Positions 14,130 to 28,880 of a stretch of DNA of 64,000 bases are shown piece after piece (positions within the stretch are counted from its first letter, which is position 1; the number at the start of each line of letters is the position of its first letter). The notes under the pieces are model-generated. The model did not search any database. It saw nothing but the letters and a program-made list of their open reading frames with translations, and was not told the DNA's origin. The position numbers and the translations under genes were made by a program. Source of the stretch: the human T2T-CHM13v2.0 reference genome, Homo sapiens. The stretch lies in assembly GCF_009914755.1 (NCBI RefSeq), contig NC_060926.1. One strand, written 5' to 3'.

Positions 14130-14400
14130 ATGTGGGGGATGTGAGGTTAGGAACAAAAATTAGAATATCTATCTTTCGAAACATGAGAGAATAAATAGTA
14201 ATGGAACATGAGTGGAATTTTGAAAAACAAATATAAGCCAAGAATTCCATAGCTGGCTCAGTTATCATTTACATATGAAGACAGGTGAAGAAAATTTTCA
14301 GATATTCAAACCTCAAAATACAAGTAACTAGCCTATTATTTCTGAAAAACAAAACGCCTTAGAAATATTCCAGCTAACTGAAAGATCAATGAAAATAAAC
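14130..14400 (+). mobile_element. HAL1 / ancient L1 ORF1 C-terminal remnant
   Basis: From 14238 it translates PRIP*LAQLSFTYEDR*RKFSDIQ, resembling the ORF1p motif PRILYPAKLSFKYEGEIKTFSDKQ. Confidence 0.55.
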
Positions 14401-14899
14401 AAAACACAAAAGGAAATTCATGTTATAAAAGGCCAAGTCTTGGGAAATTAGCATTTAAATTAAAAATAGGTACAAGCTTTAGATGAAAGTAAACAAGATA
14501 TATAACATTCCTTAAAGCAAATATGAAGAAATTAATAAAGTTTATAATCTTTTGCTTGAATTTGATTTTAAAATATAAATTCTTTATTTTTTTGAAAAAT
14601 TTAAGAAAAATAGACTATATTATACAACAGTAGAGTTCATTGTCTTTATATAGAGAGAACAAAGCCATATAGTTTGTTAACAACAGGTACCAACCATAAT
14701 GAATCTTTTGATTACCAAAATATATAAAATAAAAATAGATAGACATATAAAGAGACATTGTTAGGGATACTTGGAAAACATGGGTGATTGTAATGAAATT
14801 CCAAGAAAAAGCCATCATTATGGAGATGATACTTTCTCTATAACTTTTATCTATCATTTGAAAATTTCAGAATATACAAAGTAAAAACTAATAAAGGAG

Positions 14900-15220
14900 A
14901 AAATAATAGAAATACAAGAAGAAAGTGAGGACTTTAGTGAAAGGGTTGAGGATAAATGTTTTCTTCTTTCCTTGAGAAGTGATTGTGAAACCATACTGCC
15001 CGGGTGCCATCAGCAAATAGTTTGTCCCCGTGATTGGAGACAGCCTAATGATAGAACTGTCAGGGCTAAAAGGGAGCTGTGAGCGCAGGGAAAGAGGAAG
15101 ACCAGAGGGAGAACTTTTCAAATGAGTCAAGCAAGAGCCTTTATCCCACAATTCTGGAACATAGATGACATCCAACAAATCAATTTTGTATTGCTTAAGC
15201 TAGTTTGAGGCTTTTGTGTG
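14900..15220 (+). mobile_element. Old MLT1-like LTR fragment
   Basis: 3' end ccaacaaat...ttgcttaagctagtttgagg is typical of MLT1J/K-type LTRs. Confidence 0.45.
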
Positions 15221-15249
15221 AAGCATTTTATTAGATACATCAGTTTTTC

Positions 15250-15760
15250 TGAGGCAAGTTCACATTTTTAACATGGTCTACAAGTTCTGCATGATCTGCC
15301 TCATGCCAGCTCCTCCAGGGTCACCTCGCCCCACTTCCTCCTTGCTGTTGACATTGGAGCTGCCCTTGCCTTCTTTTAGATCCTCATAAGCATCTTGCTC
15401 CTTTCCACAATACAACCTTTGATCATGCTGCTCTCTCTGCTTAAAACTATTTCTTAGCCTGCTGACCTCCCCACCTGACAGCTGAACCTGTTTAGTTAAC
15501 CCCAATCATCTTTCAAATATAAACAAGCTGTCCCTTTCAAAGTGAAGAAATCTTTCATGCCCAAAAAGGACAGGTCCCATTCCTCTTTTATATTCTCTCC
15601 TTATTACCCTGTACTTACCTTTGTAGGGTTCATTGCTTTCAAATTCTCCTCGTTAAATTGTAGGTAGAAACTATATGCGATTCTCATTATTTAACATCTA
15701 GTCACTAGAAGAGTTCTGGTGCTTACTAGTTACTCGATAAATACTTGTTGGATGAATGAA
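15250..15760 (+). mobile_element. L2 3' end
   Basis: ctgcatgatctgcc, catgctgctctctctgc, terminal ctcgataaatacttgttggatgaatgaa. Confidence 0.8.
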
Positions 15761-16175
15761 GGGAAATAAAAATGAGGGTACCAAATATATGGATAACGTA
15801 ATTACTAATATGTCAAGTAAATAGGTTTGATTCAAAGTTTACCAAAAGAAAATATGCTTTCCCACCACCAGTGATCATGTAAGATTTTTAAAAAGCTGAT
15901 CAAAGTAAGGCCAAAAAGAAAGCCTCAATAGATTCTGAACAGCAGAAATTACACATTTCTCTAGCATATCAGAACAAAATTTTGACACATCTTTCTTGCA
16001 ATTTCTTCAGTAAAACAAGAGGACTTAAGTAACATGATTATACTTGGATATCTTTCAATTTCCACAAAGCAAATACCAGTAAATTCCTTTCTATGGAAAA
16101 CTGTTATTCATTCTCTTATCACAGAGTAATACAATTAAGACAAAAGTTAGTTTAAAAAGAATAATATTTACATAC

Positions 16176-16642
<467 letters not shown>

Positions 16643-16659
16643 TAAAAAGAAATAAAGAC

Positions 16660-16892
16660 ATGGTGAAACAATAAAGATTCTGGAAGATAACTTTGGAGAC
16701 TGTCTTCATGATTGGAGGCAGTAGCAATTTTTAAATAGAATACAAAAAACACTAACCATAAATAGAAAGATTAATAGATTATATTAAAATTAAAATTTTT
16801 ATCCATCAAAAACATCATTAGGAGAGTGAAAGGACAAGTCACAGAGAAGAAAAAGATGTTTTTAACATATATAATTGACAAATGCTCGTACC
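16660..16892 (+). mobile_element. Old L1M ORF2 fragment
   Basis: aaaaacactaaccataaa...attaaaattaaaa...catcaaaaacatcatt...gagtgaaaggacaagtcacaga. Confidence 0.7.
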
Positions 16893-17628
16893 TTTCTTGG
16901 CAACTGCAGAGTCTAATCAACATTAAGGATATTAACATTGTTGGAAAAGATCAAAATAATCAGACACAAAAATGAATGTGTCATCCAGGAGTCACTGGGA
17001 AAGAAAGATGACATAAAAGAAAAAGGAAAGAGCTATGAGGACTCCTTTCAACAACTGTGAGCTCTCAGCTAAAATGCATTGAGGTAGTTGCTCTTAAGGT
17101 ATTCTTAATCCTGATGATATTAAAAGAAAAAAACATTTATATACATCTTGTGAAGGCAATGTTTTAACCACATTTCAGATGAGGAAACTGAATTTCAGAA
17201 CCGTATTTAGGAATCAGATTTTCTGATTTCTGAATACAAAATGAGTTTTTCTTCATTACACATTGTAGAAGGTACCTTCTAGCTTTAGCCCTTTGTGTTT
17301 TCTGGTAAGTATAATAATTAATTAGGAGAGAAAACCTGAACTCCTATTCACTTTGGGAATGCTGGTTATTGCTGCGGGTCATGTGGTGCACTACTTTGCA
17401 TGAGATACTGACTTGCAGAATCTGTGAAGAGGGAAGGACAAAATTACCCAATCTCCTCACATCTATGGCTTACAACTGGGTCACAGGTGAAATGTTATTT
17501 CAGTGAGTAAAAAATCTTGAAGCACAAAAACCAGATCTGCTTCATGCTGATTTCTGCTGTGTAGTGACATTCTTCTGGTTTCAACATAAAGAATTATCGT
17601 TAGAAAGTGGAAATAAGAAACCCTTCCT

Positions 17629-17923
17629 GGCGGGGCGCAGTGGCTCATGGCTATAATCCCAGCACTTCGGGAGGCCAAGGTGGGCGGATCACCTGAGGTC
17701 AGGAATTCAAGACCAGCCTGGCCAACATGTCGAAACCCTGTCTCTACCAAAAATACAAAAAGTAGCCGGGCATGGAGGTGCGTGCCTGTAATCCCAGCTG
17801 CTCCAGAGGCTGAGACAGGAGATGGAGGTTGCAGTGAGCTGAGATCGTGCCACTGCACTCCAACGTGGCGGACAGAGTGAGACTCTGTCTCTAAAAAAAG
17901 AAAGAAAGAAAAAGAAAAAATAA
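17629..17923 (+). mobile_element. AluSx/Sz-like element with an ~19-nt right-arm deletion
   Basis: ggatcacctgaggtcagg; gaatcgcttgaacccggga is missing at about 17820; TSD aagaaacccttcct at 17615-17628 and 17924-17937. Confidence 0.93.
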
Positions 17924-18087
17924 AAGAAACCCTTCCTATAGAAAAATGTCTGGTTTTTTTTTTCTGTACTTAGCAATATAATTTCACCTAGTATTTAAAA
18001 TTCACTGTGGTTATTGTGGTCAGTTCTCAGCTGCATTCTGATTGAGATTTTTGTCTGTTTGTTTGTTTTCCTTAGAAAATAAATATC

Positions 18088-18298
18088 AGAATCACTTGAG
18101 GCCAAGTTTGAGACCAGCCCTAGGGAACATAGTGAGAGCCTATCTCTACAAAACATTTAAAAACGTTAGCTGATTGTGGTGGCATACACCTGTAGTCCCA
18201 GCTACTTGGGAGGCTGATGTGAAAGGATCATTTGAGCCGAGGAGATCTGGGTTGCAGCGAGCTATGATTGTGACACTGCACTGCAGCCTGGCAAAAAA
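18088..18298 (+). mobile_element. 5'-truncated AluJ
   Basis: aacatagtgaga, aggatcatttgagcc, gagctatgattgtg. Confidence 0.85.
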
Positions 18299-18300
18299 TT

Positions 18301-18383
18301 GAGAAGGAAGGAAGGAAAGAAGTAAGGAGGGAGGGAGGGAGGAAGGGAGGGAGACGAGGGAAGGGAGAAAGGGAGGGAGGGAA
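18301..18383. repeat. GA-rich (GGAA/GGGA) low-complexity tract
   Basis: Near-pure polypurine run after the Alu tail. Confidence 0.85.
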
Positions 18384-18929
18384 CACCTCCCCTTTTTTCA
18401 TTCTCATCCCTGGACCCCCATGAGCATCTCCATCCCTTCCTCATGTTATTTTTCATGTTGACACTTCCACATTACATTGATATCACTTAAGAACTTTCCA
18501 TAAATATATGCATTTTATGAAGAATAAAAATGTTAAAAATATGTACAGAGTGTTAATGATGGAATTGGGGAGGGTATGGGGAAATCCTAGTGTGTAATTG
18601 TGCATGCAACTGTAAACACCACAATGAGAATCTACCATCATAACTCAAGAAGCTTCTAGCACTTTCATTTATCCCTAACCCCTAGAGCTAGATCCTCTAT
18701 GTCCTCAGACATGTCTTTGATTTATTATTGAACTTAATACACTGGTGACAATCCAAGACAAATTCTAAGAACTAGCATAAAAAATAATCATCAATGAATG
18801 TTGAAAACTAGCATTTTATGTTTACAAAGTGAGAGTGAAAACGTTGGTGCAGAACTCTTTGTAGAGCGCACCTCAGATTTTTTTTTCAAGATATCAGTAC
18901 TTTTTGGATAAACATTGTGATTTATATAT

Positions 18930-20171
<1,242 letters not shown>

Positions 20172-20391
20172 ACATAAGACATTTTTATACAATCTTTACA
20201 AATCTACGTTAGGAGACCCGTAAGAAGCAAGTAGCCTAACTATTGACGGTAGCCCACTGAACCCTCAAAGCAAAGCTGTCTGGGAAGGGGCTGCTCAGTG
20301 TTACTGTTACAATTCCTGCAGCAAAGGAGAGGCTCTGGCTGATAATTCTTGGGCACGATCAGCAAGATCACACCCGGCTGCGGTGGACATT

Positions 20392-20511
20392 ACTGTTAGG
20401 TTGTTTTCCTTCCTGATTTCAAGTCAGTGAAATCCTGACTTCAAGCTGTTAGGTTGAAGTCAGTGAAATCCTGACTTCAACTGTTAGGTTGTTTTCCTTC
20501 CTGATTTCAAG
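20392..20511. repeat. Complex local duplication with an internal inverted repeat
   Basis: Identical 32-mers at 20392-20423 and 20480-20511; identical 24-mers at 20421-20444 and 20457-20480. Confidence 0.95.
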
Positions 20512-20658
20512 CCAGGACAGTGTAATAACACCTGCTCACTCAGCGTCTCTTTATTATCTTTGTCATCTCCACAGCCACAGTGACAGCATCACTACTCAGG
20601 AACAGGTCTCCAGTGGTCTCCTCAGTTTAACAGGTCCAGGTGCAAATAATTCATACCA

Positions 20659-20773
20659 ATTACCCTGATTTGGTTGTTACACCATGTATATATGTATCAA
20701 AAGATGACATGTATGCCCAAAATTTGTACAACTAATATATAACAATTTTTAAAATTTTCATTTTTAAAAATAA
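20659..20773 (+). mobile_element. Very short L1MA 3'-terminal insertion
   Basis: attaccctgatttg...acatgtatgcccaaaatttgtacaacta; TSD aaataattcatacca at 20644-20658 and 20774-20788. Confidence 0.85.
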
Positions 20774-22879
20774 AAATAATTCATACCAGTGACACCATTT
20801 CTCACACTAAACTCTCTTTTTCTCTGAAGAATGAGGAAGGATAAAGAGCATGGTAGTTCTGATGGGAACGTGGAGTGGCCAGATTTAGCAAACACCCCCA
20901 ACCTTCAACCTCCCTGACTCCAAATTCTATACTCCAGCCTGTGTCATAGCTCATTTACAGTCTGTATGCTTTTAAGTGACTTGAGACCAAAATAATGTTT
21001 TCTTTTCCAAATCTAAAGGGTTTATTCATAAATGAAGAAGCTGTGGTTGAAAATTGGTAATTATTTAAAACATACAGGTTACAAAACCTGTATGCACTCC
21101 CTAATAGGCTTGATAACTTATTTTAATTGGTGAACTTCAACATTTAATCCTTTATAAGCTAAAAAGTTTTGTATGTTTATTATACACTATGTAAGCTTGC
21201 TGATTTTCTTTCCATTTGCTTAACTTTTGTCAATTAGCACTCATTTACAACTAACTTTACAATATATGTTATACTCAAAGTTAAATTCATTTTTCAAATT
21301 ATTTAGTAATTTAAAATATTTTCTAATTGAGATTTGCATATGCCTAGCGGTTCTGATTTTCTCTAAAATCATTATATTTTCATGTGGAGAGGAACTATGT
21401 TGGAAATTTAATTTGTATTGCATACTGACTATTGAATAACATGCTTATCAAATGCTTACTAATATTTTTGAAAACAAGAGAAGTGATTTTGTCACTTTTT
21501 TCCTTTCTTGTTGTATATAAAAAAGAATAAGGTCTGTTAAAACTATTCAAAACTTGTCATTTGCTCAAAGCACCCATGTACACATAGTCTACAGGTGAAA
21601 TGGATGCCAATAGAATATAAGTTAGGATATATAGTCTGTGTAAGACTAATATATACTTCCTCCGGATACACATTGCATGTTTGTTCTGCCAGAATACTGT
21701 CTAATTCATAATCGTACACAAATATACACCCACAAAACACAACTGCATTATGTTTGGCTTGAACATTTTCCAATGTTTTGCGGTGTGTGTGTGTGTTTCT
21801 AAATTTTCCTAAACTCTTTATTGATGAACTATGCGACAGTCTCATTTCCCCCATCTCACATAATATATGCAAGAGAAGTGCCAAATCATGGCACCTGGAG
21901 TTTTATTGATTGCCTGTATTCACAATTGGCTCAATCAACCGGATGTTGAGGGTGAAAAATGACGAAAGGAGTGATAAACAATCAAACAGCCAGAAACCAT
22001 CATTAGCCTAATCTCTTCCTTTTGACTAAAGATCTTACTTTAGTTAACGAGGATACAGATTAATGATACACAAACAGCTCATCCTTTGTCATTTTTTCAA
22101 CTAAGCTTGAAGGGAAAAAATCCAACCTAACTGTAAACACTTTTGGAAATACAGAAGTATTTGGCCAATTATTCTAAGCATCTTTTAAAAACCTCAGTTG
22201 TCTGGAGCCCAGATGAAATAGGAGCAGGAACAAAATTACATATCACAGAGCATACTAAGCCACCTTAGTTTTAATGAGGACCTGAAATGTATGGGCATCT
22301 CTGATCAACATGAGCTGTGATGTAAGAAACAGAAAACTGATATCTGCTTTGATATTAGACTTCCTAGTCTGTTATGCGTTCTCTAGGGATCTCAAAGTCT
22401 ATAAAGCAGCAATACTTCGCATTTTTGTATGGTTATGAACTTGCTTAAAAGCCCCACTATGAAAACCCTGCTAGTAAACTATTTATTGTCCTAATCCACC
22501 AAATTTCTCTCCTGGTGAGTAACTTTTTTTAAAATTAAAATTTTTTTAGTAGTTGTAGCACTTGCTTCTACTTTACTTTTTAAAATAATATTAAAAACCT
22601 TCATTTTATTCTGGTCATAGTAAAGCTGTTCTGAAAAATTTTTCTTTATGCAAATGAGAAGGGAACACACACACACCTGCAAACACAGGCATACATGCAT
22701 GTGCATGCCTACACACATGCATAGAGTCTCTCTGCAGAAACCCTAATGTAACAAGGGAAAAAGCTAAAGAAAGAAACCACATTTTCTTTGGTCTGCCAAT
22801 GTCTTCTTATCTCTACTAAATGAAGTGAGATGAGAACCCAAAGATCTTCCCAACCTGGTTTCATTTACTGGGTCCCAAC

Positions 22880-23393
22880 AAATAGCAGCTTTTCTATGCA
22901 TCTCGCTCCACAGGTACTAAATATATGTTCCATTTTTGCCCTTTTTATCTTTCCTTGTTTACCAAGAGGCTGCTTCTATAGAACACATCACCCTGCCCTG
23001 TTTTCTAGATGGCAACAGCCAATGAGAGGTAGCAACCCCAATTTGGAAGGCATGAAGTGAGAAAGATTAGGGTATTTATTCTGCGTACCACCACCTCACC
23101 CAGAACTACAGTTTTGGCAGTGCCATGTTTCTCTTGTTCTTCTACCCACAGTCTCAAGTGCCCTGGACAGCTCTTTTCCAATGGCTACAGTGTTTGTGAG
23201 TTCTAGTAATGTTGTTCTCCTTTTAGCTCTTCAGGCCCTTGGGCTTCCACTGTTGCTAGTACCTGGCTACTTTGCTATTCAAGTTTGTTTCCCAAATCCA
23301 ACCCATGCTTCTGTAAGTAGTCACTCCACTAAGCTCTTATTAGTAAATTCTTTGAATGTAGCCTGTTTCTTAGTAGGAATTGGACCATAGATT
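22880..23393 (+). mobile_element. LTR33-like ERVL LTR
   Basis: gccaatgagagg, gggtatttattc, cttcaggccc...gcttccactgttgctag, tgtaagtagtc...ctgtttctt. Confidence 0.7.
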
Positions 23394-23399
23394 ACTTTT

Positions 23400-23612
23400 A
23401 GAAGTGTGCTGCCTCTGTCCTCTCACAACACTTTGTCCATTTCTCTTATGACACTTTTTACAGTCTACTTCAATAATTTTTCTACACATTTTTCCACCCA
23501 GTTAGGCCCTGATTTCCTTGATGGCTGAGATTTTGCTTTAAACATCAATGTGCCATTAGGGACTTACAAAATGCCTGATAAATAAATGTGTGTGAATGGA
23601 TGGATAAATGCA
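23400..23612 (+). mobile_element. L2 3' end fragment
   Basis: Ends aatgcctgataaataaatgtgtgtgaatggatggataaatg. Confidence 0.55.
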
Positions 23613-24660
23613 CATATTTGCAACTGCATTCCTTGTCAGCTAAAAATTTAAGTGATGTCAAAAGCCTCCTTTATCTGAGACCGTTGCTTCATTTAAAATA
23701 ACAGGCTCATCATTGTGTTATATAAGTGGTGTTAAGTCTGGAGGAAGGCAACTTGATTCCTGCATCTGCTAACATTAAAACAGAAATCCTTGCCCCAGAT
23801 ATCCAGGCCAATGCCCAGGAAGGGCTCACAAAAGAAAGAGATTAATGCCAGCATGTAATGATACTCCACATGCTGAGAGCTGGGTTTATCCAGAGCTATG
23901 TTCCAGTAAACTCCAAATTAATTAACATTTATCTTCTGCTTGTCATCTTCATGGTAAAGGAATTTAGAGGACATCTTCTGTGTCATTCATGGCTTCCTGA
24001 GGAGCAGAGGACTTCTTTACACTGAAATGAGGGATGTAGCCAAAGATTTGGAAGGCAGCATGGTAAGTTCTGCTATTGGGCATTTCAACAGATAGATGCA
24101 TATGAGGTCAGGTCCATTCAAGTGCCACCAAGTGAGACAATTTGTTCAAAAGATGCTCAGTTTACCCCAAGGGTCCACAACTCACAGCAAATGTTGTGAA
24201 AATCCTGCAACTCCTGACAAATCTCACATGCTAACAGTGATGTGCTAATGTACTTAATTGAGCACTGCTTCTCCTGTCCAGGCAGTAGAAGCTGTAGGAC
24301 TGTGGTCTCTTTGAGCAGCCATGGCAAAGGACAGACAAGAGATATTTTCACAGAAGCAAGGCCTCCTTCTTTTTATTCAGTCCATTCTCCTTATTGAAAT
24401 TCCCCTTCCATAGCCAGTCAGAATGGATAGCAACTTAACTGAGGAGTGTCAGGCTTATCTTGGATTGATCATCAGCAATATTAAAACAGGAGTTGATTTA
24501 ACCATGTAATTTACATTGTTGATTAGCCACACATCACCATTGTCCTCTAATTAATTGTTCAAAGAAACTTTTGTTGTTGTTGTTAATAGAGTAGCCACCT
24601 CTGTCTTATGGAGCTGGGTACCACAAGCTCACCTTTACCCTGAGGGATTAAATTTATTGG

Positions 24661-24870
24661 TCTAAAGCTGCAGTTCTGGGGACAATTTTGCCCTGGAGGA
24701 CATTTGATAATGCTAACAGACATTTTGGGTTGTCACATAGTGAAGGAGACTTGGCGTTCAGTAGATAGCATCCAAGGATGGTGCTAAACCTCCTACCATG
24801 TACGAGAAAGCTCTGCATAAAGGAATTATCTGGCCACAAAAGTGAATACCACCAAGATTTGGCAACTCTA
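24661..24870 (+). mobile_element. MER20 hAT DNA transposon
   Basis: ggggacaattttgccc...gacattt...gacattttgggttgtcac...aggatggtgctaaac...gaattatctggcc. Confidence 0.82.
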
Positions 24871-24926
24871 ATCTAAGGATAGTGCCATCTTTCTTATCAG
24901 ACATTAGTTCAGAAACGAGCACATGA

Positions 24927-25139
<213 letters not shown>

Positions 25140-26726
25140 TAAACAACAACCATAAGAAGCAGACAACAGAGTGGAGTGACACCAAAGACCTGAGTCCTTT
25201 AAGATGTGCTTCAGTTCATGTTCCACCCAATTGTAAAACCTGCCTGATCTCTCAGCATCGGCTTATGTGAACTAACACTCTGTTTTGTGTTTGGGTTTCA
25301 GTTATTTGCATCTGCAAACACCTAACTGACACAAGTGTGATGGGTCGATAAGGTTTAAGTTGGCTCTGGGAAGATGAGTGAACACTGAGAAGCGTGAACA
25401 GCTAAGAAGGCCAGAGAAAGACATTAAGAAAGAAAGATATAAAAATTCCAATGTTCTTTGGGTTAGCTAGGAGAATAAGGCAATGTTATAAGGGAAGGGA
25501 GAAGCTGGAGGAGATAAATGGAAAAGAATGGGCACCAATTCTTCATTCTGGCAATGAGGGTCTCTAGAAAAAGCCTATTTTATTGATAAAGGGGGTAAGA
25601 AGTGGCTCCAGCACAACCTCAATATGAAATGTATTTTGTAATTATTCAAAAAAGAGGCTGCCTATTTCTGGGCTCCAACTTCAATTATGTTTCTAGGGTA
25701 AATTCCCAAAGAATCCTCAGAACAAGCAGCATAAATATTATGGGAGCCCTGACCTATGACCCGGCTTCAGGCCCCTCACCATGAGTTCTTCTCTTGTTTC
25801 TGTCTAAAGCTGGGGCCTGCTTCCCACTGACACTTTTCCTCCCAGCTTATTTCCAAAAGAGGCTATTTCCTGTTGTCTCAGTCACTTCCAAGATTGTTGC
25901 ATTAGAGCCGTGGGCTTACGTGTCCTTGCCCAAATGCTTCAATCAAGTTTAGCTCAGGAAATTGTATCAATATTAGACATTATCACTATTTCAATGCTAG
26001 ATGTTTCTTAAAAATGTGGGATTACTTTAGTCAATATGTTTTTTGTAGTAAGCAGATGTATCTAAGGGTGGATTTATTTTCTTATCTCCTATAGTGATAT
26101 AATATTAAACATGAATCTGATTTTTAAAACCGTGCACTAAGTTTCACAGCCCTGGAAAATAACACCAACTTTCCTCCTCTACATACTAGATCTCTGCCGT
26201 AGGACAATTGGAAACAGAGGAGTATGACTATATGACCATGTGGATGAAACAAATAAATATATAATACAACCTAAAAATAGCAGCACTAAAAGTGTTGGAA
26301 CAGTAATTCACTCATGTGTTTTAAAGACAGTATTATTATTAGTTATTAATGGTTACTATAAGAAGCAACAAATTCTATTGTGAGAAGAGCACTACCCTGA
26401 GAAGGAGCATCACAGGTCCTGGTCCAAGTTTTTCACTAATTGGAAAACAAATTTGGGGAGGTCGGGCAAGTTCTTGGGCCTTAAGTTACGTGAGCTTAAG
26501 GGTTTGGAGTTGTTATTCTCAATGGCTATATTAGTAATACTGTAATGTCTCCATTAAATTTGCAGTCATATCAATTGGTGTGTAAATGTGTGTAATAAAT
26601 ATATTATAATTGTATATATGTTCATATAGACATATAATATTTCTTACTTCTGAAATAAGAAATTTGGAGAAATGTACCACTAAGAAGGAGGAAACTGGCT
26701 TCTGAAAAAACAAGGTAAGGAATATG

Positions 26727-26777
26727 CATATATATGTATACGTGTCTATGTGTGTGTGTATAATATATATATATACA
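26727..26777. repeat. Mixed (TA)/(TG) microsatellite
   Basis: Alternating purine-pyrimidine tract. Confidence 0.75.
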
Positions 26778-27524
26778 TTTATAACAGAATTTGGGGGACA
26801 ATGCCTTTTCTCCACATATGAATATTCCCCTTTTCAGTAGACAAATGCGATCTGTGTTCTTGGTGCCTTTACTCTATCCCATTACTCTTTTTATCCCAGA
26901 GAAATGTGGTGATTTCTCTGACTGGACTATTTGGTACAGTTAAATGGAAATGCCTGGGTTGGCTTTTTCCTCTTCCTCTTAGGAGTAAGCTGCCTATGGA
27001 AGATTATTTTCTAATCTGCTTTTCCATAGATCGGCTCTGCTGCTTCTATGAAGGGTGCTTCTATGGTCCAATGTTGTTTGTGCTTGGGTCATTAATTCTA
27101 CTTAATTTTGACATTCAGTTAGAAGATGCAATTGATGCTGTTAATAAGTGATTTTTCTCAAAATTAACCTTTATCAGTAGTAATAATAAATGAGGAATTT
27201 CTCAGAGAGAAGGATGCAAAGCTCTTCCCTTGATGTCTCCTATTTACTTTCTATAATGAAGTAAGAAATACCTCTCAAAATGCAAGGTATACAGTCTGAG
27301 TATACATTCCTAATATCAATAAAAATGCTTAGAATATAAACTGACAGTTGATTCTAAAGGCTTGATTATTGTAAAAACTGTGGCTAGAAAACTGGTAGTG
27401 TGAAAAATCTTATCATCTTTTTAATCCTCTGTAGCAATGGAAAAGTGGGCATGTAGAAATTTGGGATTAAAGTAGTCACAATTTGGATGTTCCAGAGAGG
27501 TTAAATTAGTATCAGAAGAATAAA

Positions 27525-27904
27525 TTTATTTTTTTTATTTTTTTAAACATTCATTTTATTTTATTAATTAATTAATTTATATTTACATTCTATTTGTTTA
27601 TTTTTTAGAGACAGGGTCTTGCTCAATTGCCCAGGCCAGAGGATAGTGTCACAATCCTAGCTAACTATAACCTGGAACTCCTGACCTCCAGAGATCTTCC
27701 TGCCTCACCTTCCCCACTAGCTAGCACTACAGACATACCCCACCATACTCTGCTAATTTTTATATTTATACTTTTATTTTTGGTAGAGGTGGGTTCTTGC
27801 TATATTGCTCAGGCTGGTTTCCAACTCCTGGCCTCAAGTGATCCTCCTACCTCAGCCTCCCAAACTGCTGGGATTATAGATGTGAACTACTACCATGCCC
27901 AGTC
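27525..27904 (-). mobile_element. Highly diverged AluJo with long AT-rich tail
   Basis: gagacagggtcttgct...aactcctggcctcaagtgatcctcctacctcagcctccc. Confidence 0.88.
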
Positions 27905-28089
27905 AGAAAAAGACATTTCAAGCTGAACCTGCAAAACCAGGACCTAAATTAAAATAGTGTACCTAAGTGAGACATGTTAAGAATCAGTTAGGAGTGAAAG
28001 CTGAAATAGAATAGGGGCTATCTATTATTTAAGGCAGTTTCTCATTAGAAGAGTGGACATTAAAGAAAATATATTTACTCAGAGACACC

Positions 28090-28550
28090 AGCAGCTATAA
28101 TTTGTCCAATTGGTTGCTCTCTATTGTTACTCGTTAATAGAACTCTTATTGCTCCCAGACCCGGGGTTAATCTAACCAGTCATGGGGGATACATTCCCTT
28201 CTCCAGGAACTTTTTCCCCTAATCTCCATTATAGTTAGTTAAGAGTGACCATGTGACCCCGTTTGGACCAATGAGAAAAAAATGAGGGGTTTTTTCTAAA
28301 TACCTCCTTTTTTTCTGCTTGAGATACTGATGTGAGAACACATTGCATGGAACTACAGCATACACCCTGGACAGCGTGGTGGCATGCACAAGTACAAAAG
28401 CCTGAAAGCAGTAGTACAAAAAGATTTTAATGAACAGTCTGACTCTGGGTCTTTGGTTATACAGTGGAACTACCTATTTTAAAACTTCTAAAGTAAACAA
28501 GAGAGATTGTTCTTTTTCATGGTTTGTTACCTGGACCTGATTGTATTCAA
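28090..28550 (+). mobile_element. Old MLT1-like LTR
   Basis: gtgaccatgtgaccccgtttggaccaatgaga is typical of MLT1J/K. Confidence 0.55.
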
Positions 28551-28640
28551 CTTAATGCAGAATACTTCGGAAATCACATCAGAGAAATTCACTAAACCCC
28601 AAACCATTAGTCTAAGATGAATGCAGCAACAGAGATTTCA

Positions 28641-28880
28641 GAACACATGGACAGAAAGAGGGGAACCACAGACACAGGGCCTACCTGAGGGAGGAGGCTG
28701 GAAGGAGAGAGAGGTTTAAAAAAGAACCCCCAAAACTGTATGCTTACAGTTGTTAAACTATGCTTAGTAGCTGGGTGACAAAATAATCTGTACACCAAAC
28801 CTCTGAGTCACTAGTTTACCTGTATAACAAACCTGCACATGTACCCCTCATCTAAACTAAAAGTTAAAATATTCAAAAAA
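28641..28880 (+). mobile_element. L1PA13-16-like 3'UTR fragment
   Basis: gaacacatggac, gggcctacctgaggg, aaataatctgtacaccaaacc, aacaaacctgcacatgtacccc. Confidence 0.88.

Noticed and set aside
20392-20511. Repeat-spacer pattern with a palindrome, superficially CRISPR-like or att-like
   Set aside because: Eukaryotic context, only two copies of each unit, spacers derived from the repeats themselves, and no associated genes
21071-21094. Perfect hairpin catacaggtt-acaa-aacctgtatg
   Set aside because: A 10-bp stem is expected roughly once by chance in 64 kb of AT-rich DNA; too short for a pre-miRNA and has no other support
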